Shown one piece after another: positions 1 to 10,143 of a stretch of 64,000 bases of DNA. This DNA comes from an uncultured Acidobacteriota bacterium (GTDB lineage: Bacteria; Acidobacteriota; Blastocatellia; Pyrinomonadales; Pyrinomonadaceae), in assembly GCA_963788965.1 (NCBI GenBank), contig CAWBIK010000007.1, positions 4,147 to 68,146 on the forward strand, written 5' to 3'. Both the position numbers and the translations under genes were made by a program. The notes beneath the pieces are model-generated. The model was not told the DNA's origin and made no database searches. It saw nothing but the letters and a program-made list of their open reading frames with translations. Numbering within the stretch: the first letter of the stretch is position 1; each line of letters starts with the position of its first letter.

Positions 1-1081
1 GTTCGTCCGTGCCGCGCGGCTGGTAACGCGGCGGCGTGGAGGGCGTTGCGGCAGCACTCGTCGTCAACCCTACGTCAGCCGTTTCGCGGTCGAAGCCGGT
101 GGCGATAACGGTGATCTTCATCTCGTCGCGCATGGACTCGTCAATGACCGCGCCGAAGATGATGTTGGCGTCTTCGTCCGCCGCCTCGCGGATGATGGTC
201 GAGGCTTCGTTAACTTCAAACAACGTCAGGTCAAGCCCGCCCGTGATGTTGATGAGCACGCCCTTCGCGCCCGTGATGCTCGCTTCTTCAAGCAAGGGCG
301 AAGAGATCGCCTGCTGCGTCGCGTTGACAGCGCGATTCTCTCCGCTCGCGCGCCCCGCGCCCATCAAGGCCATGCCCATGCCCTGCATGATCGCTTTCAC
401 GTCGGCGAAATCAAGATTGATCAGACCGGGCACTGTGATCAGATCGCTGATGCCCTGCACGGCTTGGCGCAACACGTCGTCGGCCAACTTGAACGAGTCC
501 TGCAAGGAGACGCTTCTGTCCACCGTGTGCAGCAAACGCTCGTTCGGGATCGTGATGACCGTATCAACGCACTCGCGCAGTTCGCGCAAGCCCTGCTCGG
601 ACTGCGTCATCCTGCGCCGCCCCTCGAAGTGGAACGGCTTGGTCACGACCGCGACCGTCAACGCGTTCAACTCGGTCGCCAAACTCGCAATGATCGGGGC
701 CGCGCCCGTGCCCGTGCCGCCGCCGAGGCCCGTCGTGACAAAGACCATATCCGCGCCTTCTAACGCTTCGATGATCTTCTCCGTGTCTTCGAGCGCGGCA
801 TTGCGGCCGACTTCCGGGTTCGCGCCCGCGCCGAGGCCCTTCGTCAACTTGCCGCCAAGCTGAATCTTGATGGGCGCGCGTGAACGTTTCAACGCCTGCA
901 AGTCTGTGTTGGCGACGAGAAACTCGATGCCCTCGATGCCGGCCTCGATCATGCGGTTGACAGCGTTACCGCCGCCGCCGCCGACCCCGATCACTTTGAT
1001 GCGCGCGCCGGTGATCGGCGGGTCGTCGTCGATGAAAATATTAATGCCGCTGCCCGGCTGACGGCCGTCAGGTGTCATCAT
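1..1081 (-). CDS. ftsZ: Cell division GTPase FtsZ (partial; 3' end beyond window start)
   Basis: Reverse translation from ATG at 1081 gives MMTPDGRQ...[17 protein letters not shown]...[16 protein letters not shown]...FDRETAD, the tubulin/FtsZ signature. Absent from the ORF track because no stop lies inside the window. Last gene of the dcw cluster. Confidence 0.95.
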   Translation of the reverse strand, partial: MMTPDGRQPGSGINIFIDDDPPITGARIKVIGVGGGGGNAVNRMIEAGIEGIEFLVANTDLQALKRSRAPIKIQLGGKLTKGLGAGANPEVGRNAALEDTEKIIEALEGADMVFVTTGLGGGTGTGAAPIIASLATELNALTVAVVTKPFHFEGRRRMTQSEQGLRELRECVDTVITIPNERLLHTVDRSVSLQDSFKLADDVLRQAVQGISDLITVPGLINLDFADVKAIMQGMGMALMGAGRASGENRAVNATQQAISSPLLEEASITGAKGVLINITGGLDLTLFEVNEASTIIREAADEDANIIFGAVIDESMRDEMKITVIATGFDRETADVGLTTSAAATPSTPPRYQPRGTDE

Positions 1082-1223
1082 GATCCTTCCTCTCTCAACT
1101 TCCTTCGCTTTTGTACGCCCCGAAAAGCGCCCATGCGGTTATTTTGGGCTGTGCGCGCCGGTGACACCCATATCTTGCGGACTATATCCTGTGCCGGCTG
1201 GCGCGGCAGCATACAACATCTTG

Positions 1224-2495
1224 TCAGAAAATACTACTGAAACGATCTCGAAATTTGGACACGAACGCGCCCAACGTGCCGGCCGCCTCACGTCGCCCGG
1301 CCGCGCGTCTTGCTTCAACCGTGTGTGCGCGCATAGCGACGAGCGCGAGGCCCGCGGCGGAAGTCCACGCGGGGCCTTGCACGTCCTCGACCAGCCCGCC
1401 AAACCGATCACGTTCGGGATAGCCGACACGCACCGGCGCGTCAAACACTTGCTCCGCCACTTCGCAAATGCCGCCCAACAACGCCCCGCCGCCCGTCAAC
1501 ACGACGCCGCTCGACAGTTGCCGTTCCCAACCCGATTCGCGTATCTCGTCGGCGACGTGCATCAAGACCTCTTCGGCGCGCGGTTGCAGGATGTCGCACA
1601 AGATTTGGCGCGACAGCAGACGCGGGCCGCGCCCGCCGACCGACGGCACTTCGATCTGCTCACCGCGTTCCATCTCGCTCAAGCTGCTGCTTGACGAATA
1701 ACCAAAGTTACGCTTGATCTTTTCGGCTTCGGGGATCGGCGTGCGCAGGCCGAACGCGATGTCGTTTGTAAAGTGCGCGCCGCCCAGAGCGAACACGGCC
1801 GTGTGTTGCACCGAACCGCGTTGATAGATGACAAGGCCGGTCGTCTCCGCGCCGATGTCCACGAGCGCCGAGCCGTGTTCTTTGTCGTCGTCCGCGAGCG
1901 CAGCTTCGGCCGCGGCCAGTTGATCCAGCACCATGTCGGAGACGATCAGGCCGGCGCGGTTCACCGCGTTGATCGCGTTCTGCCGCGCGGTCACGGGACT
2001 CGTAACGATGTGGACTTTGACGGCGAGGCGCGCGCCGATCATGCCGACCGGATCGTTGATGCCGTCTTGATCGTCCACGATGAACTCTTGCGGCAGACGA
2101 TCAACGATCTCGCGTCCCGCCGGGAGTTGAATGGCACACGCGGAATCAATCGCGCGGCGCACGTCGTCGTGCGTGATCTCGCGGTCGCGGCCTGAGACGG
2201 CGACGATAGCTTGCCCGTTGAAGCCCATGATGTGCGAGCCGGCCAGGTTGATCGTGACCTCTTCGGCGGGCAGACCGGACATGCGCTCGGCGGCTTCGAC
2301 GGCGTGACGAATCGCGTCCACGGCCGCCTCCGGGTTGACGATAACGCCTTTGCGCAGGCCGCGCGCCTCCGCCTCGCCGATGCCGACGATGTCGAGCGCG
2401 CCCGCCTCGTTCGGCTCGCCGATGATGCACGTCACGCGGCTCGTGCCGATGCTCAGGCCCGTGGTGTACGCCTCGCGTTTCGCCATGCGCTTCAT
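1224..2495 (-). CDS. ftsA: Cell division protein FtsA (actin-like ATPase)
   Basis: ORF 1224..2519. SIGTSRVTCIIGE...ALVDIGAETTGLVIY...VLTGGGALLGGI motifs typical of FtsA. Sits between ftsQ and ftsZ. Start taken at the internal MKRMAKRE. Confidence 0.9.
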   Translation of the reverse strand: MKRMAKREAYTTGLSIGTSRVTCIIGEPNEAGALDIVGIGEAEARGLRKGVIVNPEAAVDAIRHAVEAAERMSGLPAEEVTINLAGSHIMGFNGQAIVAVSGRDREITHDDVRRAIDSACAIQLPAGREIVDRLPQEFIVDDQDGINDPVGMIGARLAVKVHIVTSPVTARQNAINAVNRAGLIVSDMVLDQLAAAEAALADDDKEHGSALVDIGAETTGLVIYQRGSVQHTAVFALGGAHFTNDIAFGLRTPIPEAEKIKRNFGYSSSSSLSEMERGEQIEVPSVGGRGPRLLSRQILCDILQPRAEEVLMHVADEIRESGWERQLSSGVVLTGGGALLGGICEVAEQVFDAPVRVGYPERDRFGGLVEDVQGPAWTSAAGLALVAMRAHTVEARRAAGRREAAGTLGAFVSKFRDRFSSIF

Positions 2496-2551
2496 ATCCT
2501 CCTCGCAAGCTGGCGGCACAACTGTTCTGGCTGCATGTGCGCTGCTCCTTA

Positions 2552-3532
2552 CTAATCCGCCCGGCCCACGCGTTGCGGGCGCGCGTCCGCGCCGCGCGTC
2601 TGTTCGTCGGCCGCGCTGCCAGCCCCGCGCGCCGGTTCACGTTTGAAGCCGATGACGGCGCGCTTGCCTTGCGTCATGTCTATGTAACTGATGAGCGCGC
2701 CGCGCGGCGTCAACCGCTGCTCGTCGAGAGCTTGCAATGCTTGCGTCAGACGCTTCGTCAAATCGTCTTTGCCCAGACGCACTTCGACCTGCGAGTCCGC
2801 GCCTGCGAGTTGTGCGCGCACGTCGCGCAAGTCGTCTAGGTTCACTTCGCTGACGCGCTCGGCCAAACCCGCCGCCGTCCACTCACGCTGCAACTCTAAG
2901 AACTTGGCCACGCGCAGACGATTCTCCGCGCGCGCCGCCGTGCCTTCCGTCTCGTCGAAGCCGCGCAGGAAGAAAGCGGGCATCTGATCTGTTGATGCGA
3001 CTGCGCCGACGAAAACGCCGTCATCATCCACCCACGTCAAGCGCCCGACCGAAGGACGCACCAGCGCACGCGGCACGCGCTCTGTGATCCGCACGCGCAG
3101 GCCCGACGGCAGCACGCGCGTCACGGTCGCGGCACGCACCCACGGTTGCCGTTCTAGTTCCGCGCGGATCGCGTCGAGGTCTGCGCGCCACACGCCGTCT
3201 GCACCGGCCGCGCGTCGTGTGATCTTTTCGAGTTGATCAACTGACGCGCGCGTGCCGCCGCTCACGTCCACCGTGCGCAGAGCGAAGAAGGCGGACGCCG
3301 ACGCAGCGCGGTACAACTTGAACGCGAACAAACCGAGGCAGACCGCGAGCAGCACCTTGCCGATGGCCGGCATCCACGCGGCCGTTGTGCGCCACGCCGC
3401 GCCACGCGCGTTACTGCGCGCCGCGCCGCCGCGCCGGGCCGCGGGCCGCTGCACCGCGCCGCCCGCGCGTCCGCGCTTATCGCGCGTGCCCCCGCGCGTC
3501 GCGCGTGGAGTGATGACCTGCTCTCTTAGCAT
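2552..3532 (-). CDS. ftsQ: Cell division protein FtsQ/DivIB (single TM plus POTRA)
   Basis: 326-aa ORF with an Arg-rich N-terminus, a TM helix (LLAVCLGLFAFKLY) and a POTRA-like region (VDVSGGTRASVDQLEKI). Position immediately upstream of ftsA. Confidence 0.75.
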   Translation of the reverse strand: MLREQVITPRATRGGTRDKRGRAGGAVQRPAARRGGAARSNARGAAWRTTAAWMPAIGKVLLAVCLGLFAFKLYRAASASAFFALRTVDVSGGTRASVDQLEKITRRAAGADGVWRADLDAIRAELERQPWVRAATVTRVLPSGLRVRITERVPRALVRPSVGRLTWVDDDGVFVGAVASTDQMPAFFLRGFDETEGTAARAENRLRVAKFLELQREWTAAGLAERVSEVNLDDLRDVRAQLAGADSQVEVRLGKDDLTKRLTQALQALDEQRLTPRGALISYIDMTQGKRAVIGFKREPARGAGSAADEQTRGADARPQRVGRAD

Positions 3533-3582
3533 CTCGACTCTTTCTGATAACTTACGTGGAATGAAAACTCGTCAGTGGCTAA

Positions 3583-3780
3583 GGCAATTTGGGCAATGTG
3601 GACTGCCAACTGACGATTTTTCTTTAGCCACAGACCAATTTCCTTTATCAACAGACCAACTTGCGTTATCCACTGACGAATTTGCTTTAGCCACACGCCA
3701 ATTTCCTTTATCAATTCACGATCTTCCTTTATCAATTCGTGAATTTCCTTTATCAATTCGTCTGTTTCCTTTAGCCATAC
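3583..3780. repeat. Tandem array A: degenerate 21-bp repeat, about 8 clear units, AT-rich
   Basis: Units phased exactly 21 bp from 3604 to 3771: tgccaactgacgatttttctt / tagccacagaccaatttcctt / tatcaacagaccaacttgcgt / tatccactgacgaatttgctt / tagccacacgccaatttcctt / tatcaattcacgatcttcctt / tatcaattcgtgaatttcctt / tatcaattcgtctgtttcctt. Confidence 0.85.
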
Positions 3781-3835
3781 GCGTCAGGCTCAAGCAGACA
3801 GCATGACGCGGGCCGCGCACGGCGCGCGGTTTGGC

Positions 3836-4822
3836 TCAAGTTTGTTCTTGGGTTGACTCAGCCTGTTCTTCGTCCGCTTCTGCTGGCGTGGCGCTGCGCC
3901 AGATTTCGACTTCGTACTCCAACTCGACGCCGCGCTCGCGGCGTATGCGTTCGCGTATCTCTTCCGCGAGCGCGAGCGCGTCCGCCGCGCGTGCATCTTC
4001 GCCTTCGGTCACGATGAAGTTCGCATGCACGGGCGAGACGACCGCGCCGCCGCGCTTCGTGCCCTTCAGACCGAGATCGTCGATCATCTTGCCGGTGCTC
4101 AGATTCGTGCCCGGCGGATTCTTGAAGAAGCAACCGGCGGAACGCGCGCCGTGCGGTTGCGAGTCCATGCGTTTGCGCTTTGCCTCGGCCATGCGCGTGA
4201 TGATGTGCGCCGGCTCATCCGGCTTCAGGCGCAGCGTCGCACCTAACAACAACTCGCCGTCTTTAAATGACGTGTGGCGATAGTCCCATTGCACGTCGCG
4301 GCCCGGCACATCCACCACTTGCCCGCCGCGCGCCACGCGCACCGTCTCGACCATCGTGCCGATCTCGTGCCCGTATGCGCCCGCGTTCATCCACAGCGCG
4401 CCGCCGACCGTGCCCGGTATGCCGCCCAAGCCTTCAATCCCCGACAAGCCGCGCCGCGCCGCTTCAACACACAGGCGCGGCAGCGAATAACCGGCACTCA
4501 CCTTCACGCGCTCGCCGTCGAACTCAACTTCGCCCTTCACCTCGCGCATTGACAGGACGACGTAGTGATGCGGCGCATCATCAGCCAGCACGTTGCTGCC
4601 CGCGCCAAGCACGCGCCACGCAACGCCCGCGCGTTCAAGTTCCGCGACGGTCGCCGCCGCTTGTGCTTCCGACGTGGGCAACAACACCCAATCAATTGCG
4701 CCGCCCACCTTCAAGCTCGTCAACTCGGCAAAGCGTCGCCCACGTTCAGCGCGCACGCCTACGCGCGCCGCAATCTCTGCGACCGCCGCGTCCCGCGCCT
4801 CTATGTCGAACGTGCTTTGCAT
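3836..4822 (-). CDS. murB: UDP-N-acetylenolpyruvoylglucosamine reductase
   Basis: 328-aa ORF. FAD-binding PCMH-type N-terminus (LKVGGAIDWVLLP...VLGAGSNVL) and MurB C-terminal motifs (GCFFKNP). dcw context. Confidence 0.9.
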   Translation of the reverse strand: MQSTFDIEARDAAVAEIAARVGVRAERGRRFAELTSLKVGGAIDWVLLPTSEAQAAATVAELERAGVAWRVLGAGSNVLADDAPHHYVVLSMREVKGEVEFDGERVKVSAGYSLPRLCVEAARRGLSGIEGLGGIPGTVGGALWMNAGAYGHEIGTMVETVRVARGGQVVDVPGRDVQWDYRHTSFKDGELLLGATLRLKPDEPAHIITRMAEAKRKRMDSQPHGARSAGCFFKNPPGTNLSTGKMIDDLGLKGTKRGGAVVSPVHANFIVTEGEDARAADALALAEEIRERIRRERGVELEYEVEIWRSATPAEADEEQAESTQEQT

Positions 4823-4828
4823 CTGAGT

Positions 4829-4883
4829 TAAATGATGAACGCTGAATGACGAATGAAAAGATTTCTACTCATCATTCATTCTT
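4829..4883. repeat. Heptamer-tiled palindromic element, ATGAATG/CATTCAT family (degenerate)
   Basis: aatgatga (4831-4838) pairs with tcatcatt (4869-4876). Arms made of aatgatg/gaatgac/gaatgaa units. Lies between the murB start and the murC stop. Confidence 0.45.
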
Positions 4884-6276
4884 TCTTCTCGCCGTTCTTC
4901 TTCTTCAATAGTTCGAGCAACTGCTCGCCCGCTTGATAGATGTTGCCCGCGCCGAGTGTGACAACCATATCGCCGGGATGCGCTTCGCTGACCAGAGCTT
5001 TAACGGCCGTGTCGAGTGTGCCGACATAGAATGCGTTCTTGTGCCCGTAGCTCTTGATCGCTTCCGTTAGTGTCTCGCCGGTCACGCCCTCGATTGGGTC
5101 TTCGCTGGCCGCGTAGATGTCGGTCACAAGCAGCACGTCCGCGTTGTTGAACGAACGCGCAAACTCATCTAGCTGATCGCGCGTGCGCGTGTAACGATGC
5201 GGCTGAAACAGCACGACCATGCGCCGCCCGTGCGAGCCGACCTTCGCTGCCGCAAGCGTCGCGCGCACTTCAGTCGGGTGATGCCCGTAGTCGTCCACCA
5301 CGAGCACGCCGGCCGCTTCCCCCTTGAACTGGAATCGGCGATTGACGCCCGCATAAGTCGCTAGCGCCTGCGCCATCACGTCGAACGGCACGCCTAGCTC
5401 GAAGCCGATGGCGACGGCCGCGAGCGCGTTATAGATGTTATGCAACCCCGGCACGTTTAAATTGACCTCGCCGACAACATCGTGCCCTTGCCAGACCGTA
5501 AAGGTCGAACCGAACGGCCGCTCAAACTTCATCCCATGCGCCGAGATGTCGGCCTGCGCGCTCAAGCCATAGGTGATGCGGCGGCGCTTGATGCGCGGGA
5601 TGACCGCTTGCACGTGCGGATCGTCGAGACACAAAACAGCCGCGCCGTAGAACGGCACTTTGTTGACGAAGCTGACGAAGCAATCGCGCATGTCGTCCAT
5701 GTCCCGGTAATAATCCATGTGCTCGCGGTCGATGTTCGTCACGACCGCGAACGTCGGCGTCAACATCAAAAACGAGCGGTCACTTTCATCCGCTTCAACC
5801 ACCATCAACTCACTCTTACCAAGCCGCGCGTTCGAGCCGAACGCACCAACCACGCCACCAACCACCACAGTCGGGTCTAAGCCTGCACCACCAAGCACTG
5901 TGCCGATCATCGAAGTCGTCGTCGTCTTGCCGTGCGACCCGGCGACGGCCACTGTGTCTTGTTTCAAACGCATCAACTCCGCCAACATCTCGGCGCGCGG
6001 AATGACGGGAATCGACCTGACGCGCGCTTCGAGCAGTTCCGGGTTGTCGTCGCGCACGGCCGTCGAACGAACCACCACTTGCGCGTCGCCCACGTACTCC
6101 GCCCTGTGCCCTTCGTGAACCTCGATGCCCATGTCCGCCAAACGATCCGTCACGCTCGAACGTTTCGCATCCGACCCCGACACGCGAAACCCCAGATTGC
6201 ACAGGACCTCTGCGATGCCGGACATGCCTATGCCACCGATGCCGACCAGATGAACGTGGCGTATGCGATGAAACAT
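4876..6276 (-). CDS. murC: UDP-N-acetylmuramate--L-alanine ligase
   Basis: 466-aa [19 protein letters not shown]-terminus and Mur ligase P-loop [13 protein letters not shown]. Confidence 0.95.
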   Translation of the reverse strand: MFHRIRHVHLVGIGGIGMSGIAEVLCNLGFRVSGSDAKRSSVTDRLADMGIEVHEGHRAEYVGDAQVVVRSTAVRDDNPELLEARVRSIPVIPRAEMLAELMRLKQDTVAVAGSHGKTTTTSMIGTVLGGAGLDPTVVVGGVVGAFGSNARLGKSELMVVEADESDRSFLMLTPTFAVVTNIDREHMDYYRDMDDMRDCFVSFVNKVPFYGAAVLCLDDPHVQAVIPRIKRRRITYGLSAQADISAHGMKFERPFGSTFTVWQGHDVVGEVNLNVPGLHNIYNALAAVAIGFELGVPFDVMAQALATYAGVNRRFQFKGEAAGVLVVDDYGHHPTEVRATLAAAKVGSHGRRMVVLFQPHRYTRTRDQLDEFARSFNNADVLLVTDIYAASEDPIEGVTGETLTEAIKSYGHKNAFYVGTLDTAVKALVSEAHPGDMVVTLGAGNIYQAGEQLLELLKKKNGEKKE

Positions 6277-6282
6277 AAGCGA

Positions 6283-6367
6283 GCGACTAGCGATCAGCGT
6301 TCAGCAGTCTGCGATCAGCTTTCAGCTTTTGTCTTTGCTGATCGCTAAAGGCTGACCGCTGACCAGC
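6283..6367. repeat. Heptamer-tiled palindromic element, GATCAGC/GCTGATC family
   Basis: gcgatcagc (6311-6319) pairs perfectly with gctgatcgc (6337-6345). Outer arms are tiled gatcagc/gttcagc versus gctgacc/gctgacc. The right arm encodes the MurG C-terminal tail. Confidence 0.7.
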
Positions 6368-7431
6368 TTTTCAATCAAATCCACGGTAGCGGCGGCCGCG
6401 TCGGGGCGCGCGAGTTTGCGCGCGGCTTGCTCCATCGCTGTGATGCGTTCGGGGGCGGCGACGAGCGCGGCGATCTCTTGCGCCAGTCGTGCGCCCGTTA
6501 GTTCCGGTTGCAGGATCATGCGGGCCGCGCCCGCCGCTTGCATGACTTCGGCGTTGCGTTGCTGCTCCATTTGACCGGGCAGCGGGATCATGATCGCGGC
6601 GCGACCGGCGGCGGCTAACTCTGCACTGGTCGTTGCGCCCGCGCGCGCGATGATGAGATCGGCGCTGGCAAAAGCCGTCGTCATATCGTCGATGTACTCG
6701 CGCACGTCAGCGTTTGTGGTCCACCCTGCTTGCTCGTAAGCGACACGCACTTTGTCAAAGTCGAGCTTGCCCGTCTGGTGCGTGATGTGCAGCACCGTGC
6801 GGTGCGCGTCGAGTTGTGCGAGTGCGGCCGTCATCGCTTCGTTGATGGCGCGTGCGCCTTGCGAGCCGCCGAACAGCAGCAGCGAAACGTGCGCCGGGTC
6901 GCGCACCTTCGCGGGTATGTCAAAGAACTCGCGGCGGACGGGGTTGCCCGTGACCACGCCCTTGCGCCCGAAGTGCGGCAGCGTCGCTTCCCATGAAGCC
7001 GCGGCCGCGTTCACAAACTTGATCAGTCGCCGGTTCGTAAAACCGGGCACGGCGTTCGACTCCATGATCAAAGTCGGCACGCGGCTTAAAGCTGCGACCA
7101 ACAACACCGGGCCTGACACGTAACCGCCCGCGCCGATCACAACGTCGGGGCGAAACTCTTTAATGAGTCGCCGCGCCGCCAGCAGACTCGTCGGCAACAC
7201 GGAGAGGCCGCGCATGCGCGCGCGCCAACCCATGTTCACCAGCCCCGCCGATTCAATGAGCGTCAACTCGTAACCCGCTTGCGGCACGAGTCGTGTTTCA
7301 AGCCCGCGCGCCGTGCCGACGAAGCGTAGGACCGCAGCCGCGTCGCGCCGCTTGATCTCGTTCGCCACCGCGATGGCCGGGTAGATGTGCCCGCCCGTGC
7401 CGCCGGCTGCGATGAGCGCCCGCATTGTCAA
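6322..7431 (-). CDS. murG: UDP-GlcNAc:undecaprenyl-PP-MurNAc-pentapeptide GlcNAc transferase
   Basis: 369-aa ORF. AAGGTGGHIYPAIAVA N-terminal motif and GT28 C-terminal domain (ARAGATTSAELAAAG). Confidence 0.95.
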   Translation of the reverse strand: MTMRALIAAGGTGGHIYPAIAVANEIKRRDAAAVLRFVGTARGLETRLVPQAGYELTLIESAGLVNMGWRARMRGLSVLPTSLLAARRLIKEFRPDVVIGAGGYVSGPVLLVAALSRVPTLIMESNAVPGFTNRRLIKFVNAAAASWEATLPHFGRKGVVTGNPVRREFFDIPAKVRDPAHVSLLLFGGSQGARAINEAMTAALAQLDAHRTVLHITHQTGKLDFDKVRVAYEQAGWTTNADVREYIDDMTTAFASADLIIARAGATTSAELAAAGRAAIMIPLPGQMEQQRNAEVMQAAGAARMILQPELTGARLAQEIAALVAAPERITAMEQAARKLARPDAAAATVDLIEKLVSGQPLAISKDKS

Positions 7432-7432
7432 A

Positions 7433-8638
7433 TCAGCCGCGCCCCTCCGGCTGCCACGCCTGCGTCACGGGCGTGCGCCGCCCGCCGGCAGCGGCCGCCG
7501 CCCGCTGCTCGATGGCGTAACGCAGCATGGCCGGATCGTTCAAGGCGCTGCCTTGCTGCGAGATGTTCAGCAGCACGCCGACCGCGAACAGCGTGAACAC
7601 AGTGGACGTGCCGCCGTAAGAGATGAACGGCAGCGGGATGCCCTTCGTCGGCACGAGCGCCAGCACCACGCTCATATTAAAGAGCGCCTGCGCCACGATG
7701 CCGGTCACGATGCCGAGCGCGAGCAACATGCCGAACCTATCGGGCGCGCGGCGCGCCGCACGCACGCCGCGCCACAAAAAGAATGCGAACGCCGCGACCA
7801 GAATCAACGCGCCGATCAGACCCAACTCTTCGCCCACCACCGCGAAGATAAAATCGGAATGCGCGAACGGTAGAAAGAACAACTTCTGTTTGCCTTGCGC
7901 GAAGCCAAGCCCATGCACGCCGCCCGACCCGACCGCCATCAACGACTGCACCACTTGAAAGCCCGCCCCTTGCGCGTCGGCCCACGGATCGAGAAACGCC
8001 ATCAGCCGCTTGATGCGCCACGGCGCGAACGCGATCATGCCCACGATGCCGACGAGCGCAGGCGCAAGCATCAACCCGATGTGTCGCAAACGTGCGCCGG
8101 CCGCGTAAAGCAACGTCAACCCCGTCAGTCCAAGCATCATCGCCGTGCCCAGATCAGGCTCGGCCGCGACGAGCACGATCAGAACGCCCGTCACAGCCAC
8201 GCATGGCGCAAACGTTCGCCAGAAAACTTGCTCCTCGCCCGCGCGTCGTTCGAGCAGCCGCGCCAGAAAGATCATCAAGGTCAGCTTCGCCAACTCTGAC
8301 GGTTGGAACGACAACAGGCCGCCGAACCTGATCCAACGATGCGCGCCGTTGATGCGCGGAAACGCGAAGACCGATACAAGCAGCAACACGCTCAACCCAA
8401 GCAGCCCGTAAGCCAGCCAACTACGGCGCAGCAACGTGTAGTCCAGCCGCATCCCGACGAGCAACGCAACGAACCCACAGATCGTCCACAAGCTCTGCCG
8501 GATGACGTAGTGATACGGCGTGCCGTTCTGCTCGGCCGCCACGGGCGCGCTCGCGCTATAGACCATCACGAGGCCGCACAACGCCAACCCCACGGTCGTC
8601 GCAAACAACCACTCGTCTGCTTGTAGCTTTCGCGCCAT
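7433..8638 (-). CDS. ftsW: Peptidoglycan glycosyltransferase FtsW (SEDS family)
   Basis: ORF 7433..8827. The SEDS polytopic membrane protein starts plausibly at MARKLQADEWLF (ATG 8638). The longer N-terminal extension overlaps murD and the hairpin. Confidence 0.9.
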   Translation of the reverse strand: MARKLQADEWLFATTVGLALCGLVMVYSASAPVAAEQNGTPYHYVIRQSLWTICGFVALLVGMRLDYTLLRRSWLAYGLLGLSVLLLVSVFAFPRINGAHRWIRFGGLLSFQPSELAKLTLMIFLARLLERRAGEEQVFWRTFAPCVAVTGVLIVLVAAEPDLGTAMMLGLTGLTLLYAAGARLRHIGLMLAPALVGIVGMIAFAPWRIKRLMAFLDPWADAQGAGFQVVQSLMAVGSGGVHGLGFAQGKQKLFFLPFAHSDFIFAVVGEELGLIGALILVAAFAFFLWRGVRAARRAPDRFGMLLALGIVTGIVAQALFNMSVVLALVPTKGIPLPFISYGGTSTVFTLFAVGVLLNISQQGSALNDPAMLRYAIEQRAAAAAGGRRTPVTQAWQPEGRG

Positions 8639-8644
8639 CTCTCG

Positions 8645-8733
8645 ATTGCGGCCTGCGGATTTCGGATTGCGGATTTGATCAACAACTAGCGGTTGTCTTT
8701 TCAATCCGCATTCCGAAATCTGACATCCGCAAT
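8645..8733. repeat. Heptamer-tiled palindromic element, GCGGATT/AATCCGC family
   Basis: Left arm attgcgg cctgcgg atttcgg attgcgg. Right arm caatccg cattccg aaatctg acatccg. AT-rich centre gatcaacaactagcggttgtctttt. The right arm encodes the MurD C-terminal tail. Confidence 0.8.
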
Positions 8734-10082
8734 TCCTCCACTGCTTCTTTGAACACCTGTCCGCGATGCTCGAAGTTGTCGAACATATCCCAACTCGCGC
8801 ATGCGGGCGCGAGCAACACAATGTCACCTGCTTGTGCGTGCGCGGCCGCGCGCCGCACGGCGTCGTGCATATCGGTCGCGCGCTCGACCTGTGCGTAAGC
8901 GCGCAACTCCTGCTCGATCCGATCCGCGTCCTCGCCGATCAGCACAAGCACGCGCACCTGCGCCTCGATCATCGGTACGAGCGGCGCGTAAGGCGCATGC
9001 TTGCCGCGCCCGCCAAGTATGAGGACGATGCGACCGGGCGCGTCGGCGAACGCTTCGAGCGCCTTGACCGCCGCGTCCACGTTCGTCGCCTTCGAGTCGT
9101 TGTAGAACTCGACGCCGCCGACTTCCGCGACACGTTCCAGCCGATGCTCAACCGGCCGAAAGTTTTTAATCGTCGCACGCATCGCGTCGGGCGCTGCGCC
9201 GCACGCGAGGCCGGCCGCCAAAGCCGCCAACACGTTCTGCACGTTATGCAAGCCGCGCAGTTGCATCTCGTCGCGCCGCACAAGCACGCGCTCCGCCCCG
9301 TTGCTGCGCGAGATGATCTCTTGGCCGCGCAGAAACAAACCTTCTTCAAGTTCGCGCGCCGTGCTGAACATGACGACGTGTGCGTTCAAGCCCTTCGCCC
9401 ACGAAGCGACGATCTCGTCGTCGGCATTGAGCACGGCCACGTCGCCCGCCTGTTGATTGCGGAAGATGCGATGCTTGGCGGCGGCGTAGTCCAACAGATG
9501 CTCGTAACGATCCATGTGGTCGGGCATCAGGTTCAGCACGATAGCGACCGTGGGGTGGAACGTGTCTATCGTCTCAAGCTGATAACTTGAAACTTCAACC
9601 ACGGTCCAACCATCGTCGCGCGACGATTCAACCAGCGAGACGAGCGGCGTGCCGATGTTGCCGCCGACCTGCACGCTCAATCCCGCGTCTTGCAACAACT
9701 CGCCGATCAAAGTCGTCGTCGTCGTCTTGCCGTTCGTGCCCGTGATGGCGACGATGCGCCCGCGCAAATGGCGCGCGGCCAGTTCGACCTCGCCGATCAC
9801 CTCCGCGCCCGCGCGCTCCATGTAACGCGCCGGAATAGATTTCGTCGGCACGCCGGGACTTAAGACAACCAACTCGATCTGATCCATCAACCACATCGGC
9901 AACTCGCCCGGCACAAGCCCCACGCCGTCTGCTTTCAACGCGCGCGCTTCATCCGTCCACTCATCGAGCGGCTTACGATCATTCAACGCGACGATTGCGC
10001 CGCGTGCCGCGAGAAACCGCGCCGCCGCCACGCCGCTCCGCGCCGCGCCGATGACCAGAACTTTTTTGCCGTTCAGTTCCAA
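8679..10082 (-). CDS. murD: UDP-N-acetylmuramoylalanine--D-glutamate ligase
   Basis: 467-aa ORF. Rossmann N-terminus (KKVLVIGAARSGVAAARFL) and Mur ligase P-loop ITGTNGKTTTTTL. Confidence 0.95.
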   Translation of the reverse strand: MELNGKKVLVIGAARSGVAAARFLAARGAIVALNDRKPLDEWTDEARALKADGVGLVPGELPMWLMDQIELVVLSPGVPTKSIPARYMERAGAEVIGEVELAARHLRGRIVAITGTNGKTTTTTLIGELLQDAGLSVQVGGNIGTPLVSLVESSRDDGWTVVEVSSYQLETIDTFHPTVAIVLNLMPDHMDRYEHLLDYAAAKHRIFRNQQAGDVAVLNADDEIVASWAKGLNAHVVMFSTARELEEGLFLRGQEIISRSNGAERVLVRRDEMQLRGLHNVQNVLAALAAGLACGAAPDAMRATIKNFRPVEHRLERVAEVGGVEFYNDSKATNVDAAVKALEAFADAPGRIVLILGGRGKHAPYAPLVPMIEAQVRVLVLIGEDADRIEQELRAYAQVERATDMHDAVRRAAAHAQAGDIVLLAPACASWDMFDNFEHRGQVFKEAVEELRMSDFGMRIEKTTASC

Positions 10083-10092
10083 AACTTAAAAC

Positions 10093-10136
10093 TCACTACA
10101 AAGACGCTAAGATCAATTTTTGTGTCTTCGTGGTTA
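10093..10136. repeat. Heptamer-tiled palindromic element, CACGAAG/CTTCGTG family (degenerate)
   Basis: ctacaaagacgc ... gtgtcttcgtggttaat. The right arm matches the arms of the elements at 28271 and 30063. Confidence 0.4.
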
Positions 10137-10143
10137 ATCTGCT

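Noticed and set aside
36-863. 275-aa plus-strand ORF, plus nested ORFs 464..763 and 867..1061.
   Set aside because: It lies antisense to the unmistakable ftsZ coding sequence. It is a low-complexity Ala/Ser/Pro/Arg translation typical of shadow ORFs in GC-rich DNA.
3583-3780. Possible CRISPR array. The same question applies to 21130..21390 and 44780..45250.
   Set aside because: The units are contiguous direct repeats of 21 bp with no interspersed unique spacers. No cas genes are present in the window.
7433-8827. Long form of ftsW (464 aa), overlapping murD by about 150 nt.
   Set aside because: The extra 63 N-terminal residues are translated from the heptamer palindrome and the murD 3' end. 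The SEDS homology starts at MARKLQ (8638).
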